Source: Gammaproteobacteria bacterium (GTDB taxonomy: Bacteria; Pseudomonadota; Gammaproteobacteria; G965277405). Taken from it: a DNA stretch of 64,000 nucleotides. Shown here in pieces: positions 47,901 to 51,422 of this stretch. The notes below the pieces were generated by a model. The model saw only the letters and a program-made list of their open reading frames with translations. It ran no database searches and was not told the DNA's origin. How positions within the stretch are numbered: the stretch's first letter is position 1; each line of letters starts with the position of its first letter. A program made the position numbers and the translations under genes. Location: NCBI GenBank assembly GCA_965277405.1, contig OZ255726.1, forward strand, positions 576,001 through 640,000, given 5' to 3'.

Positions 47901-49625
47901 GCTCAACTCAGGGACATCACCGTTTAATTCTGGGATATCACCGTTCAACTCTGTGATATCACCGTTTAATTCAAGGATATCACCGGTCAATTCTGGAATA
48001 TCACCATTCAACTCTGGGGTATCATCATTCACAGTGATACTTATCGCTGCGCTACTAGCACCGCCGCTGTTGGATGCTGTCACCGTATGCGTAGTTGTAG
48101 CTTGCAACTGCGCTGCTGTTCCTATCATCAAACACGTTGCTGTATCAGCTATGATTGCAACAACAATCTGTAAACCTTCAGGTAGCTGTGGAGAAACTTC
48201 GCAGGTAACCACATCCCCGCCAATATTGCTAAACTTCACAGCTGGTATCGCTGTGTTTATGGTGAATAGCTGATGGCTGGGACTTACTAATTCTGGGGTA
48301 TCATCATTCAATTCTGGAATATGGCCGTTCAACTCTGGGGTATCATCATTCACAGTGATACTTATCTCTGCGTTACTAGTGCCGCCGCTATTGGATGCTG
48401 TCACCGTATGCGTAGTTGTAGCTTGCAACTGCGCTGCTGTTCCTATCATCAAACACGTTGCTGTATCAGCTATGATTGCAACAACAATCTGTAAACCTTC
48501 AGGTAGCTGTGGAGAAACTTCGCAGGTATCCACATCCCCGCCAATATTGCTAAAGTTCACAGCTGGTATCGCTGTGTTTATGGTGAATATCTGACGGCTG
48601 GGACTTACTAATTCTGTGGCATCACCATTCAACTCTGGAATATCACTGTTCAAATCTTGGGTATCATCATTCACAGTGATACTTATCGCTGCGCTACTAG
48701 CACCGCCGCTATTGGACGCTGTCACCGTATGCGTAGTTGTAGCTTGCAACTGCGCTGCTGTTCCTATCATCAAACACGTTGCTGTATCAGCTATGATTGC
48801 AACAACAATCTGTAAACCTTCAGGTAGCTGTGGAGAAACTTCGCAGCTAACCACATCCCCGCCAGTATTGCTAAACTTCACAACTGGTATTATTACACCT
48901 TTTATGAAAACTTGCGCTGCAGGACTACTAAGATTTGCTGGCTCTGTTGGAGTAATAACGTCGCTTGATGAGTTATCTTGCTGCCACTCATCTGAATGTA
49001 TTGTTTGTAAAACAGTCGCAGTATTAGAGCCTGTAGCATTTGTCGCAGTTATTGTATAGTTCTTGGCAATTAGTTGTTCTACAGTTGGTGTCCCAATTAT
49101 TTGGCATGAATTGCCGTCATCTGTAACTGCTATCTCAAGCCCGCTCGGCATATCTGGGCTGACGTCACAGCCTGTTAAAAATACTCCACCATCGTTATCA
49201 AATACGGTGTTCTGTACAGGTGAATTTACCTTAAACACTTGCTTTGGTAAATTTTTGAGGTTGGGCTTTAACTGAACATTGATTCTGATCGTTACATCGG
49301 CAACAGAAATACCTAGAGCATTAAACGCAACGATTGTAACTATTTGACCACTGCTATCTGTTGTGGCATCAGGAGTTCCTGATATTTGGCATGTATCATT
49401 TGCTGCTCTTACTTGTAAATTAGCAGGCATATTTGTAGCAGTGCAGAATACAGCTGCGCCACCAATATTAGCAATTTCTAAGGAGGTATCAATGGTAATA
49501 CCCTTTGTATATACGACTTCGCCCGCGTTTGTTAATGCAGGTTTTTCTGTAACAGGATTTATTGAATCATCATTACTACAAGATGTAAGTAGTAACAAAA
49601 AACAAACTGCTATGTGTTTCCACAT
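20925..49625 (-). CDS. Giant 9566-aa predicted lipoprotein: about 92 putative-Ig (He_PIG-like) repeats, polybasic linker, S8 subtilase-like domain (catalytic Ser->Arg) and proprotein convertase P-like domain
   Basis: Uninterrupted ORF. Lipobox LTSC at residue 16. Repeats carry LP.GL...C.ITG.PT....YTITA.NSGG. C-terminal VVDTG, DHGT.IAG, GTRAAA, YGFGLV and G.W...V.D motifs. Confidence 0.9.
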   Translation of the reverse strand: MWKHIAVCFLLLLTSCSNDDSINPVTEKPALTNAGEVVYTKGITIDTSLEIANIGGAAVFCTATNMPANLQVRAANDTCQISGTPDATTDSSGQIVTIVAFNALGISVADVTIRINVQLKPNLKNLPKQVFKVNSPVQNTVFDNDGGVFLTGCDVSPDMPSGLEIAVTDDGNSCQIIGTPTVEQLIAKNYTITATNATGSNTATVLQTIHSDEWQQDNSSSDVITPTEPANLSSPAAQVFIKGVIIPVVKFSNTGGDVVSCEVSPQLPEGLQIVVAIIADTATCLMIGTAAQLQATTTHTVTASNSGGASSAAISITVNDDTQDLNSDIPELNGDATELVSPSRQIFTINTAIPAVNFSNIGGDVDTCEVSPQLPEGLQIVVAIIADTATCLMIGTAAQLQATTTHTVTASNSGGTSNAEISITVNDDTPELNGHIPELNDDTPELVSPSHQLFTINTAIPAVKFSNIGGDVVTCEVSPQLPEGLQIVVAIIADTATCLMIGTAAQLQATTTHTVTASNSGGASSAAISITVNDDTPELNGDIPELTGDILELNGDITELNGDIPELNGDVPELSGGSPELIADIPELNSDTPELNTDIPELNYDTPELNTDIPELSGGSPELTANIPELASPILEPFTINTAIAAVNFGNTGGAVTSCGVVPPLVGGLQLATIADPATCQLTGIPTTLQEDAITYTITASNSGGTSSADISITVNDNIPELVNPSPRIYTINTAIAAVDFGNAGGAVTSCDVAPQLIGGLQLAVATIVDDTATCQITGTPTTLQEDGITYTITATNSGGTSSAEISITVNDDTQDLNSDIPELNGDATESVSPSRQIFTINTAIPAVKFSNIGGDVVTCEVSPQLPEGLQIVVAIIADTATCLMIGTAAQLQATTTHTVTASNSGGTSNAEISITVNDDTPELNGHIPELNDDTPELVSPSHQLFTINTAIPAVNFSNIGGDVVTCEVSPQLPEGLQIVVAIIADTATCLMIGTAAQLQATTTHTVTASNSGGASSAAISITVNDDTPELNGDIPELTGDILELNGDITELNGDIPELNGDVPELSGGSPELIADIPELNSDTPELNTDIPELNYDTPELNTDIPELSGGSPELTANIPELASPILEPFTINTAIAAVNFGNTGGAVTSCGVVPPLVGGLQLATIADPATCQLTGIPTTLQEDAITYTITASNSGGTSSADISITVNDNIPELVNPSPRIYTINTPIAAVDFGNAGGAVTSCDVSAPLPSGLQLATIADPATCQLTGTPTALQEEPITYTITASNSGGTSSADISITVNDNIPELATSSPRIYTINTPIAAVDFGNTGGAVTSCEVGGDNSAAWPDGLTLKKTPDGASCQITGTPTALHEEEATYTITASNSGGTSSAAISITVNDNIPELATPNPRIYTINTPIAAVDFGNTGGAVTSCGVAPPLVGGLQLATIADPATCQLTGIPTTLQEDAITYTITATNSGGTSSAAISITVNDNIPALATPSPRIYTINTPIAAVDFGNLGGDVTSCGVVPPLVGGLQLATIADPATCQLTGIPTTLQEDAITYTITATNSGGTSRAAISITVNDNIPELATPSPRIYTINTAIAAVDFGNTGGAVTSCDVSAPLPSGLQLATIADPATCQLTGTPTVLQEDPITYTITATNSGGTSRAAISITVNDNIPALVNPSPRIYTINTPIAAVDFGNAGGAVTSCGVVPPLVGGLQLATIADPATCQLTGTPTTLQEDPITYTITATNSGGTSSAAISITVNDNIPALATPSPRIYTINTPIAAVDFGNTGGAVTSCEVVGDNSAAWPDGLTLKKTPDGASCQITGTPTALHEEEATYTITASNSGGTSSADISITVNDNIPALATPSPQHYTIDTAIATVNFSNTGGAVTSCEVGGDNSAAWPDGLTLKKTPDGASCQITGTPTALHEDATTYTITATNSGGTSSADISITVNDNIPALVSPSPQHYTIDTAIAAVDFGNTGGAVTSCEVGGDNSAAWPDGLTLKKTPDGASCQITGTPTALHEEEATYTITASNSGGTSSADISITVNDNIPALVSPSPQHYTIDTAIATVNFSNTGGAVTSCEVGGDNSAAWPDGLTLKKTPDGASCQITGTPTALHEDATTYTITATNSGGTSSADISITVNDNIPALVSPSPQHYTIDTAIAAVDFGNTGGAVTSCEVGGDNSAAWPDGLTLKKTPDGASCQITGTPTALQDEPITYTITATNSGGDSSADISITVNDNIPALANPSPRIYTINTPIAAVDFGNAGGAVTSCGVVPPLVGGLQLATIADPATCQLTGTPIVLQEDPITYTITATNSGGTSSADISITVNDNIPELVNPSPRIYTINTPIAAVDFGNAGGAVTSCEVVGDNSAAWPDGLTLKKTPDGASCQITGTPTALHEEEATYTITASNSGGTSSADISITVNDNIPALVNPSPRIYTINTPIAAVDFGNTGGAVTSCEVGGDNSAAWPDGLTLKKTTAGASCQITGTPTALHEEEATYTITASNSGGTSRAAISITVNDNIPALVSPSPQHYTIDTAIPTVNFSNTGGAVTSCEVGGDNSAAWPDGLTLKKTPDGASCQITGTPTALHEEEATYTITASNSGGTSSADISITVNDNIPELATPSPQHYTIDTAIPTVNFSNTGGAVTSCEVGGDNSAAWPDGLTLKKTPDGASCQITGTPTVLHEEEATYTITATNSGGTSSADISITVNDNIPALVSPSPQHYTIDTAIPTVNFSNTGGAVTSCEVGGDNSAAWPDGLTLKKTPDGASCQITGTPTALHEEEATYTITASNSGGTSSAAISITVNDNIPELVSPSPRIYTINTPIAAVDFGNAGGAVTSCDVSAPLPSGLQLATIADPATCQLTGTPTALQEEPITYTITATNSGGTSNAAITITVNDNIPELVNPSPRIYTINTPIAAVDFGNAGGAVTSCDVAPQLIGGLQLAVATIVDDTATCQLTGMPTALQVATTYTVTGFNSGGTSSADISITVNDNIPELVSPSPQHYTIDTAIAAVDFGNAGGAVTSCGVVPPLVGGLQLATIADPATCQLTGTPTVLQEDAITYTITATNSGGTSSADISITVNDNIPELATPSPRIYTINTPIAAVDFGNTGGAVTSCDVSAPLPSGLQLATIADPATCQLTGTPTVLQEDPITYTITATNSGGTSRAAISITVNDNIPALATPSPRIYTINTPIAAVDFGNTGGAVTSCDVSTPLPSDLQLATIADPATCQLTGTPTVLQEEPITYTITATNSGGTSSADISITVNDNIPALVNPSPRIYTINTPIAAVDFGNTGGAVTSCEVVGDNSAAWPDGLTLKKTPDGASCQITGTPTALHEEEATYTITASNSGGTSSADISITVNDNIPALVNPSPRIYTINTPIAAVDFGNTGGAVTSCEVGGDNSAAWPDGLTLKKTTAGASCQITGTPTALHEEEATYTITASNSGGTSRAAISITVNDNIPALVSPSPQHYTIDTAIPTVNFSNTGGAVTSCEVGGDNSAAWPDGLTLKKTPDGASCQITGTPTALHEEEATYTITASNSGGTSSADISITVNDNIPELATPSPQHYTIDTAIPTVNFSNTGGAVTSCEVGGDNSAAWPDGLTLKKTPDGASCQITGTPTALHEEEATYTITATNSGGTSSADISITVNDNIPALVSPSPQHYTIDTAIPTVNFSNTGGAVTSCEVGGDNSAAWPDGLTLKKTPDGASCQITGTPTALHEEEATYTITASNSGGTSSAAISITVNDNIPALVSPSPQHYTIDTAIAAVDFGNTGGAVTSCEVGGDNSAAWPDGLTLKKTTDGASCQITGTPTALHEEEATYTITASNSGGTSSADISITVNDNIPALVNPSPRIYTINTPIAAVDFGNTGGAVTSCGVVPPLVGGLQLATIADPATCQLTGIPTTLQEDAITYTITATNSGGTSSADISITVNDNIPALATPSPRIYTINTPIAAVDFGNAGGAVTSCGVSAPLPSDLQLATIADPATCQLTGTPTVLQEEPITYTITATNSGGDSSADISITVNDNIPALATPSPRIYTINTPIAAVDFGNAGGAVTSCGVVPPLVGGLQLVNIADPATCQLTGIPTTLQEDAITYTITATNSGGTSRAAISITVNDNIPELVSPSPRIYTINTPIAAVDFGNAGGAVTSCEVGGDNSAAWPDGLTLKKTPDGASCQLTGTPTALHEEEATYTITATNSGGTSSADISITVNDNIPELATPSPRIYTINTPIAAVDFGNTGGAVTSCDVAPQLIGGLQLATIADPATCQLTGIPTTLQEDAITYTITATNSGGTSRAAISITVNDNIPALVNPSPRIYTINTPIAAVDFGNTGGAVTSCDVAPQLIGGLQLATIADPATCQLTGIPTTLQEDAITYTITATNSGGTSRAAISITVNDNIPALVNPSPRIYTINTPIAAVDFGNTGGAVTSCGVVPPLVGGLQLVNIADPATCQLTGIPTTLQEEPITYTITATNSGGTSNAAITITVNDNIPELVNPSPRIYTINTPIAAVDFGNTGGAVTSCDVAPQLVGGLQLATVADPATCQLTGIPTALQEEPITYTITATNSGGTSSADISITVNDNIPELVNPSPRIYTINTAIAAVDFGNTGGAVTSCEVGGDNSAAWPDGLTLKKTPDGASCQITGTPTALHEEEATYTITASNSGGTSSAAISITVNDNIPALVSPSPQHYTIDTAIAAVDFGNTGGAVTSCEVGGDNSAAWPDGLTLKKTPDGASCQLTGTPTALHEEEATYTITATNSGGTSSADISITVNDNIPALATPSPRIYTINTPIAAVDFGNTGGAVTSCDVAPQLVGGLQLATVADPATCQLTGIPTALQEEPITYTITATNSGGTSSADISITVNDNIPELVNPSPRIYTINTAIAAVDFGNTGGAVTSCEVGGDNSAAWPDGLTLKKTTDGASCQITGTPTALHEEEATYTITASNSGGTSSADISITVNDNIPALATPSPRIYTINTPIAAVDFGNTGGAVTSCDVSTPLPSGLQLATIADPATCQLTGTPTTLQEDAITYTITATNSGGTSRADISITVNDNIPELVSPSPRIYTINTPIAAVDFGNAGGAVTSCDVSAPLPSGLQLATIADPATCQLTGTPTALQEEPITYTITATNSGGTSNAVITITVNDNIPELVNPSPRIYTINTPIAAVDFGNAGGAVTSCDVAPQLIGGLQLVNIADPATCQLTGIPTTLQEDAITYTITATNSGGTSSAAISITVNDNIPELVSPSPQSFTINTVIPTVDFGNTGGGVTSCDVSTPLPSGLQLATIADPATCQLTGTPTVLQEDPITHTITATNSGGTSNAAITITVNDNIPELVNPSPRIYTINTPIAAVDFGNTGGAVTSCGVVPPLVGGLQLATIADPATCQLTGIPTTLQEEPITYTITATNSGGTSSADISITVNDNIPELVNPSPRIYTINTAIAAVDFGNTGGAVTSCGVVPPLVGGLQLATIADPATCQLTGTPTVLQEEPITYTITATNSGGTSNAAITITVNDNIPALVSPSPQHYTIDTAIAAVDFGNTGGAVTSCEVGGDNSAAWPDGLTLKKTPDGASCQLTGTPTTLQEEPITYTITATNSGGTSSAAISITVNDNIPELATPSPRIYTINTPIAAVDFGNTGGAVTSCDVSTPLPSDLQLATIADPATCQLTGTPTVLQEEPITYTITATNSGGASSAAISITVNDNIPALATPSPRIYTINTAIAAVDFGNAGGAVTSCDVAPQLIGGLQLAVATIVDDTATCQLTGMPTALQEDAITYTITATNSGGTSSAAISITVNDNIPALATPSPRIYTINTAIAAVDFGNAGGAVTSCDVAPQLIGGLQLAVATIVDDTATCQLTGMPTALQEDAITYTITATNSGGTSSADISITVNDNIPALATPSPRIYTINTPIAAVDFGNTGGAVTSCGVVPPLVGGLQLATIADPATCQLTGIPTTLQEDAITYTITATNSGGTSSADISITVNDNIPELATTPSPLIYTINTPIAAVDFGNTGGAVTSCDVSAPLPSGLQLATIADPATCQLTGIPTTLQEEPITYTITATNSGGTSSADISITVNDNIPALVSPSPQHYTIDTAIAAVDFGNTGGAVTSCEVGGDNSAAWPDGLTLKKTPDGASCQITGTPTVLQEDPITYTITATNSGGTSSADISITVNDNIPALATPSPRIYTINTPIAAVDFGNTGGAVTSCEVGGDNSAAWPDGLTLKKTPDGASCQITGTPTALHEEEATYTITASNSGGTSSADISITVNDNIPELATPSPRIYTINTAIAAVDFGNTGGAVTSCEVGGDNSAAWPDGLTLKKTPDGASCQITGTPTALHEEEATYTITASNSGGTSNADISITVNDNIPALVSPSPQHYTIDTAIAAVDFGNTGGAVTSCEVGGDNSAAWPDGLTLKKTPDGASCQITGTPTALHEEEATYTITASNSGGDSSADISITVNDNIPALVSPSPQHYTIDTAIAAVDFGNTGGAVTSCEVGGDNSAAWPDGLTLKKTTDGASCQITGTPTALHEEEATYTITATNSGGTSSADISITVNDNIPALVSPSPQHYTIDTAIAAVDFGNTGGAVTSCEVGGDNSAAWPDGLTLKKTPDGASCQLTGTPTALQEEPITYTITATNSGGTSRAAISITVNDNIPALVNPSPRIYTINTPIAAVDFGNAGGAVTSCDVAPQLIGGLQLATIADPATCQLTGIPTTLQEDPITYTITATNSGGDSSADISITVNDNIPALVNPSPRIYTINTAIAAVDFGNTGGAVTSCGVAPPLVGGLQLATIADPATCQLTGIPTALQEEPITYTITATNSGGTSRAAISITVNDNIPELVNPNPRIYTINTPIAAVDFGNTGGAVTSCGVAPPLVGGLQLATIADPATCQLTGIPTALQEEPITYTITATNSGGTSRAAISITVNDNIPELVNPNPRIYTINTPIAAVDFDNAGGAVTSCDVAPQLIGGLQLATIADPATCQLTGIPTTLQEDAITYTITATNSGGTSSADISITVNDNIPELATPSPQHYTIDTAIAAVDFGNTGGAVTSCEVGGDNSAAWPDGLTLKKTTDGASCQITGTPTALHEEEATYTITATNSGGTSSAAITITVNDNIPALVSPSPQHYTIDTAIAAVDFGNTGGAVTSCEVGGDNSAAWPDGLTLKKTTDGASCQLTGTPTALHEEEATYTITASNSGGTSSADISITVNDNIPELVSPSPQHYTIDTAIPAVNFSNTGGAVTSCEVGGDNSAAWPDGLTLKKTPDGASCQITGTPTALHEDATTYTITATNSGGTSSADISITVNDNIPELVSPSPQHYTIDTAIPTVNFSNTGGAVTSCEVGGDNSAAWPDGLTLKKTPDGASCQITGIPITLQEDPITYTITATNSGGTDIAAISITVNDAQPNLISPPPQLFTINTAIPTVNFVNFGGDVTSCDVSPQLVGDLQLATIADPATCQLTGIPTTLQEDAITYTITATNSGGDSSADISITVNDNIPELVNPSPRIYTINTPIAAVDFGNTGGAVTSCDVAPQLIGGLQLATIADPATCQLTGMPTTLQEDSITYTITATNSGGDSSADISITVNDNIPELATPSPRIYTINTPIAAVDFGNTGGAVTSCGVVPPLVGGLQLATIADPATCQLTGTPIVLQEDPITYTITATNSGGTSSADISITVNDNIPALVNPSPRIYTINTAIAAVDFSNTGGAVTSCNVSAPLPSGLQLATIADPATCQLTGIPTTLQEDAITYTITATNSGGTSSADISITVNDNIPALVSPSPQHYTIDTAIPTVNFSNTGGAVTSCEVGGDNSAAWPDGLTLKKTPDGASCQITGTPTALHEEEATYTITATNSGGTSSADISITVNDNIPALVSPSPQHYTIDTAIAAVDFGNTGGAVTSCEVGGDNSAAWPDGLTLKKTTDGASCQITGTPTALHEEEATYTITATNSGGTSSADISITVNDNIPALVNPSPRIYTINTPIAAVDFGNTGGAVTSCDVSTPLPSGLQLATIADPATCQLTGIPTTLQEDAITYTITATNSGGTSSADISITVNDNIPALATPSPQHYTIDTAIPTVNFSNTGGAVTSCEVGGDNSAAWPDGLTLKKTPDGASCQITGTPTALHEEEATYTITASNSGGTSSADISITVNDNIPALATPSPRIYTINTAIAAVDFGNTGGAVTSCEVGGDNSAAWPDGLTLKKTPDGASCQITGTPTALHEEEATYTITASNSGGTSSAAISITVNDNIPALVSPSPQHYTIDTAIAAVDFGNTGGAVTSCGVVPPLVGGLQLATIADPATCQLTGTPTVLQEEPITYTITATNSGGTSSAAISITVNDNIPALVSPSPQHYTIDTAIAAVDFGNTGGAVTSCGVVPPLVGGLQLATIADPATCQLTGIPTTLQEDAITYTITATNSGGDSSADISITVNDNIPELVNPSPRIYTINTPIAAVDFGNTGGAVTSCDVAPQLIGGLQLATIADPATCQLTGIPTTLQEEPITYTITATNSGGTSSAAISITVNDNIPELASPSPQHYTIDTAIAAVDFGNTGGAVTSCEVGGDNSAAWPDGLTLKKTPDGASCQITGTPTTLQEDPITYTITASNSGGTSSADISITVNYDIPPILGRLADQYYIIGIPIQAVNFLNFGGDVISCDIAPQLAGGLQLAVATFLGKATCQITGTPTVPQEYEIMYTIKGSNSGGESRATVLIEIYENPFSGRSYASNPQRSARSARSARIEPQRRSRSRRSIALRDSITVNDQTPNDQTANDQAPALLYNNTAMVFVVSDRIPQHIIIENNGGDVTSCTPTPPLPPGLALNIAVGGNGRSTCQIDGSPNNVSATQTSNYVITGSNSAGDSSADVLITAIYALPQMDDKIAQTMLTYQNQQQWQFVNTVEIVRCSIAPPLPAGLTLVVANDSCAIQGSPTIVASKAEYVVSGYVSNVVDFPVSTATIFMTAVNSNCDTDTLVSLPDSNPLEKYQWYLDGRQQGQIATGMDASKMDSSIHLNLQRAWRTDGCLGQGTLVSVVDTGLQITHPDLADNIDPRQGYAFATGSFMQPNAATGTTDPSPRGSDGDHGTAIAGLIAMADNGMGGLGVAPKAKLLGFNNMAAGVNSNATYLQYSVGDGDPSATDSPAVEADIVYLGDQLASRLDHIGTPATAAIGSNAIIMRRIQDGRNGKGVIFIKPAGDSYIGDGDACSQANVIGTSCGLAGFDKEDILPIITVGAVNAFGKRASYAAAGAIWVSGFGGEQGSPSAGEPGMLAGEPGMFTTDVTSCSRGYSNHELADNAASNVLANQFHHDDPTCNYTNTFHGTRAAAAIVSGAVALLLSQHPALTIWDVRYILAKTATIIDADYTVTTDIPGSGAYQFSRGWITNAAGLNYSDWYGFGLVNVDAALAMAKSYSQLITHDRIEAITKNHTFVPMLVPNKNSDGVSKELYVAATGKIDHLNLFVKLTTTALQDIEISLTSPAGTSYPAYPAGNGHTQANLGYQQPIAVHAFLGESIQGHWRITVKDLFAAGDFVADDNTDYADSHDDTFSQWQLVIKYHQD
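23734..46260. repeat. Tandem array of about 80 near-identical 276/288-bp units (Ig-like domain coding)
   Basis: Unit boundary GGGATATTATCGTTCACCGTGATG recurs every 276 or 288 bp (occasionally 279, 282 or 285); counted by hand. Confidence 0.95.
46262..46552. repeat. 21-bp (7-aa, IPELNGD-like) minisatellite block, copy A
   Basis: About 14 heptads: TPELNGD IPELTGD ILELNGD ITELNGD... Confidence 0.9.
47738..48028. repeat. 21-bp heptad minisatellite block, copy B
   Basis: Near-identical to copy A at a 1476-bp offset. Confidence 0.9.
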
Positions 49626-50056
49626 TTGTATTTCACGTAAGTTGCTGTTAACGAATCAATCAACTGGCATAAGCACACCGCTGCATTGGCGTTGGCATAA
49701 TTCAAAATTATTAATTTTGACTCTGTTGCAACAGATTAAAATTTTATATATCTATATGTTTTATACAGATATTTTCTATAGATTAAAAGTTTAAATATTA
49801 GTTTAAAGTTGTTTGTTCAGTCAAACAGCTATTCTGACGCGACTATCCTACGAAATGCCCGCCATACCCTACTAACACCACCTACCTTTTTGATTGCACG
49901 CTATTGCTGCCATACATATCACCAACTAATTATTTGCTACTCCTACTCGATGTTGCGTTGTGGAAAACACCATTGCATACGACATTCATTGCCATTCTCT
50001 GCGCATGATATAAAAAATTCATTTGGTGTAATTACAAGTTTCTTCACCAAGTTATT

Positions 50057-50197
50057 CGCAATCGCTGCTGATTGCCAGGCGCATTGGACTGACGCATGCC
50101 GAAGCATATACGCCAAGGAATGCAATACAGCAAGTACCACAACTGCAGTAAACCAAACGTATATTGAACAGAGTGTGGAGAAAACCGCTGCGTTAAC
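50057..50197 (+). mobile_element. Divergent partial MITE (left interior, no TIR)
   Basis: GATTGCCAGGCGCA...GCATGCCGAAGCATATACGCCAAGGAATGCAATACAGCAAGTACC...GCTGCGTTAAC aligns by eye to the MITE interior. Confidence 0.75.
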
Positions 50198-50471
50198 TGC
50201 GTGTTTTTGCGATGCGGGTTATGTAGCTGTGCAGCAACGGGCAATGGATGGTGAGTCAACGTTATTGGCAAGCAGCGTCAATTGAAAACAAGGAGTGGAG
50301 AGCAGCAACTTGAGAAATTGCAAGTTAGTGTTCGCTGAGCAAGCGGAAAAGCAATTGATAGACTATTACAAGAAAATAAAATAGAGATTTGAAATATATA
50401 ATGAATTATGAGAACCCATTTAAGTATCACTTTGAAAAAGATTTGATTTTAGTTGTTGAAACTAAACTGGC

Positions 50472-50610
50472 ATGGCGAATAATTGGCATTACGATAAGTT
50501 TAATATGCAGCTTGGCGATACACTCATCAATCCACATTTTGGTGATGACAAACCATTTGATGCTATTGTTGCCAACCCGCCTTATTCGGTGAAGTGGCTT
50601 GGCTATATCC
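50472..50610 (+). pseudogene. hsdM: Type I R-M methyltransferase (HsdM) fragment
   Basis: [36 protein letters not shown] (motif IV NPPY in HsdM context); only about 45 aa remain. Confidence 0.8.
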
Positions 50611-51422
50611 CGCTGCAAGGCAAAAAATTCTCAATAACAATCGGCATGGTATGAAAAAAATCATCGCCAAAAGTGTGTTGATATCACGGTTATTGGGGCT
50701 TGTGGATGCACTGTATACATAATAGGCTATATTGATTATACAAGCACTGATTTGCTTGATGGTATAAACAATTTTTGCTTTTGTGTGGGGTTATTGTTTA
50801 TGCGCCATGTCCTCCCGCCTTATTTTAACTAGGTGTATAGCCGCTTTGCAAACCCTGCAGCTGCGGGAATGGTTTGTTCGGTGTTGGACGCGGTTCTGTC
50901 GTCAATTAGCATCTAAGCGGGATATTGTGGGAGTTTGGCGGCAGTTTTCTCAATGCTGCTGCAACGTTTAAGATACGAGAAAATTCTCCTTTTGAAAACG
51001 ATTAAATTCTAGGAGATAACGTTGGCTACGGCAATAGATAAACAAGCCATTGGTCATGTCATTCATAGCAACAAAAGATCAAGCCAGTGCAGCGGACTAA
51101 ACAACGGCGACATTTGGCAGCTATAAAAAAATAGTACGCAAGATACGGACACAGACCCATTGATTAGCAAGCTGCGCTGTACGTATGCAAGCGTGTTTGC
51201 AAAACCAGTATCGGGTTAGATATGCGGGGAATAGCAACATCAATTGGCTGATATGGTGGCGTAGTGGCGGATACTGCGCCAAACAATAGGTTGTTTGACT
51301 GAAAAGACCAGCACAAATTGATTTGTAACCGTTGGATTGATAGAAAATTCTGTGTTTGTAGCAAATTTAACTCTGATGGTTACGGAGCCATGGTAGCATA
51401 TTTCCTGTTTAATATTAGGTTT

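Noticed and set aside
23462-49275. Dozens of repeated 80-270-aa plus-strand ORFs (MVASCKPP..., MMLISALL...)
   Set aside because: They are antisense shadows of the repetitive giant ORF, with no RBS or independent domain signal.
50526-50682. Imperfect inverted repeat between the hsdM fragment (ATCAATCCACATTTTGGTGATGA) and TCATCGCCAAAAGTGTGTTGAT
   Set aside because: It needs gaps and mismatches, and one arm is coding sequence; compatible with chance.
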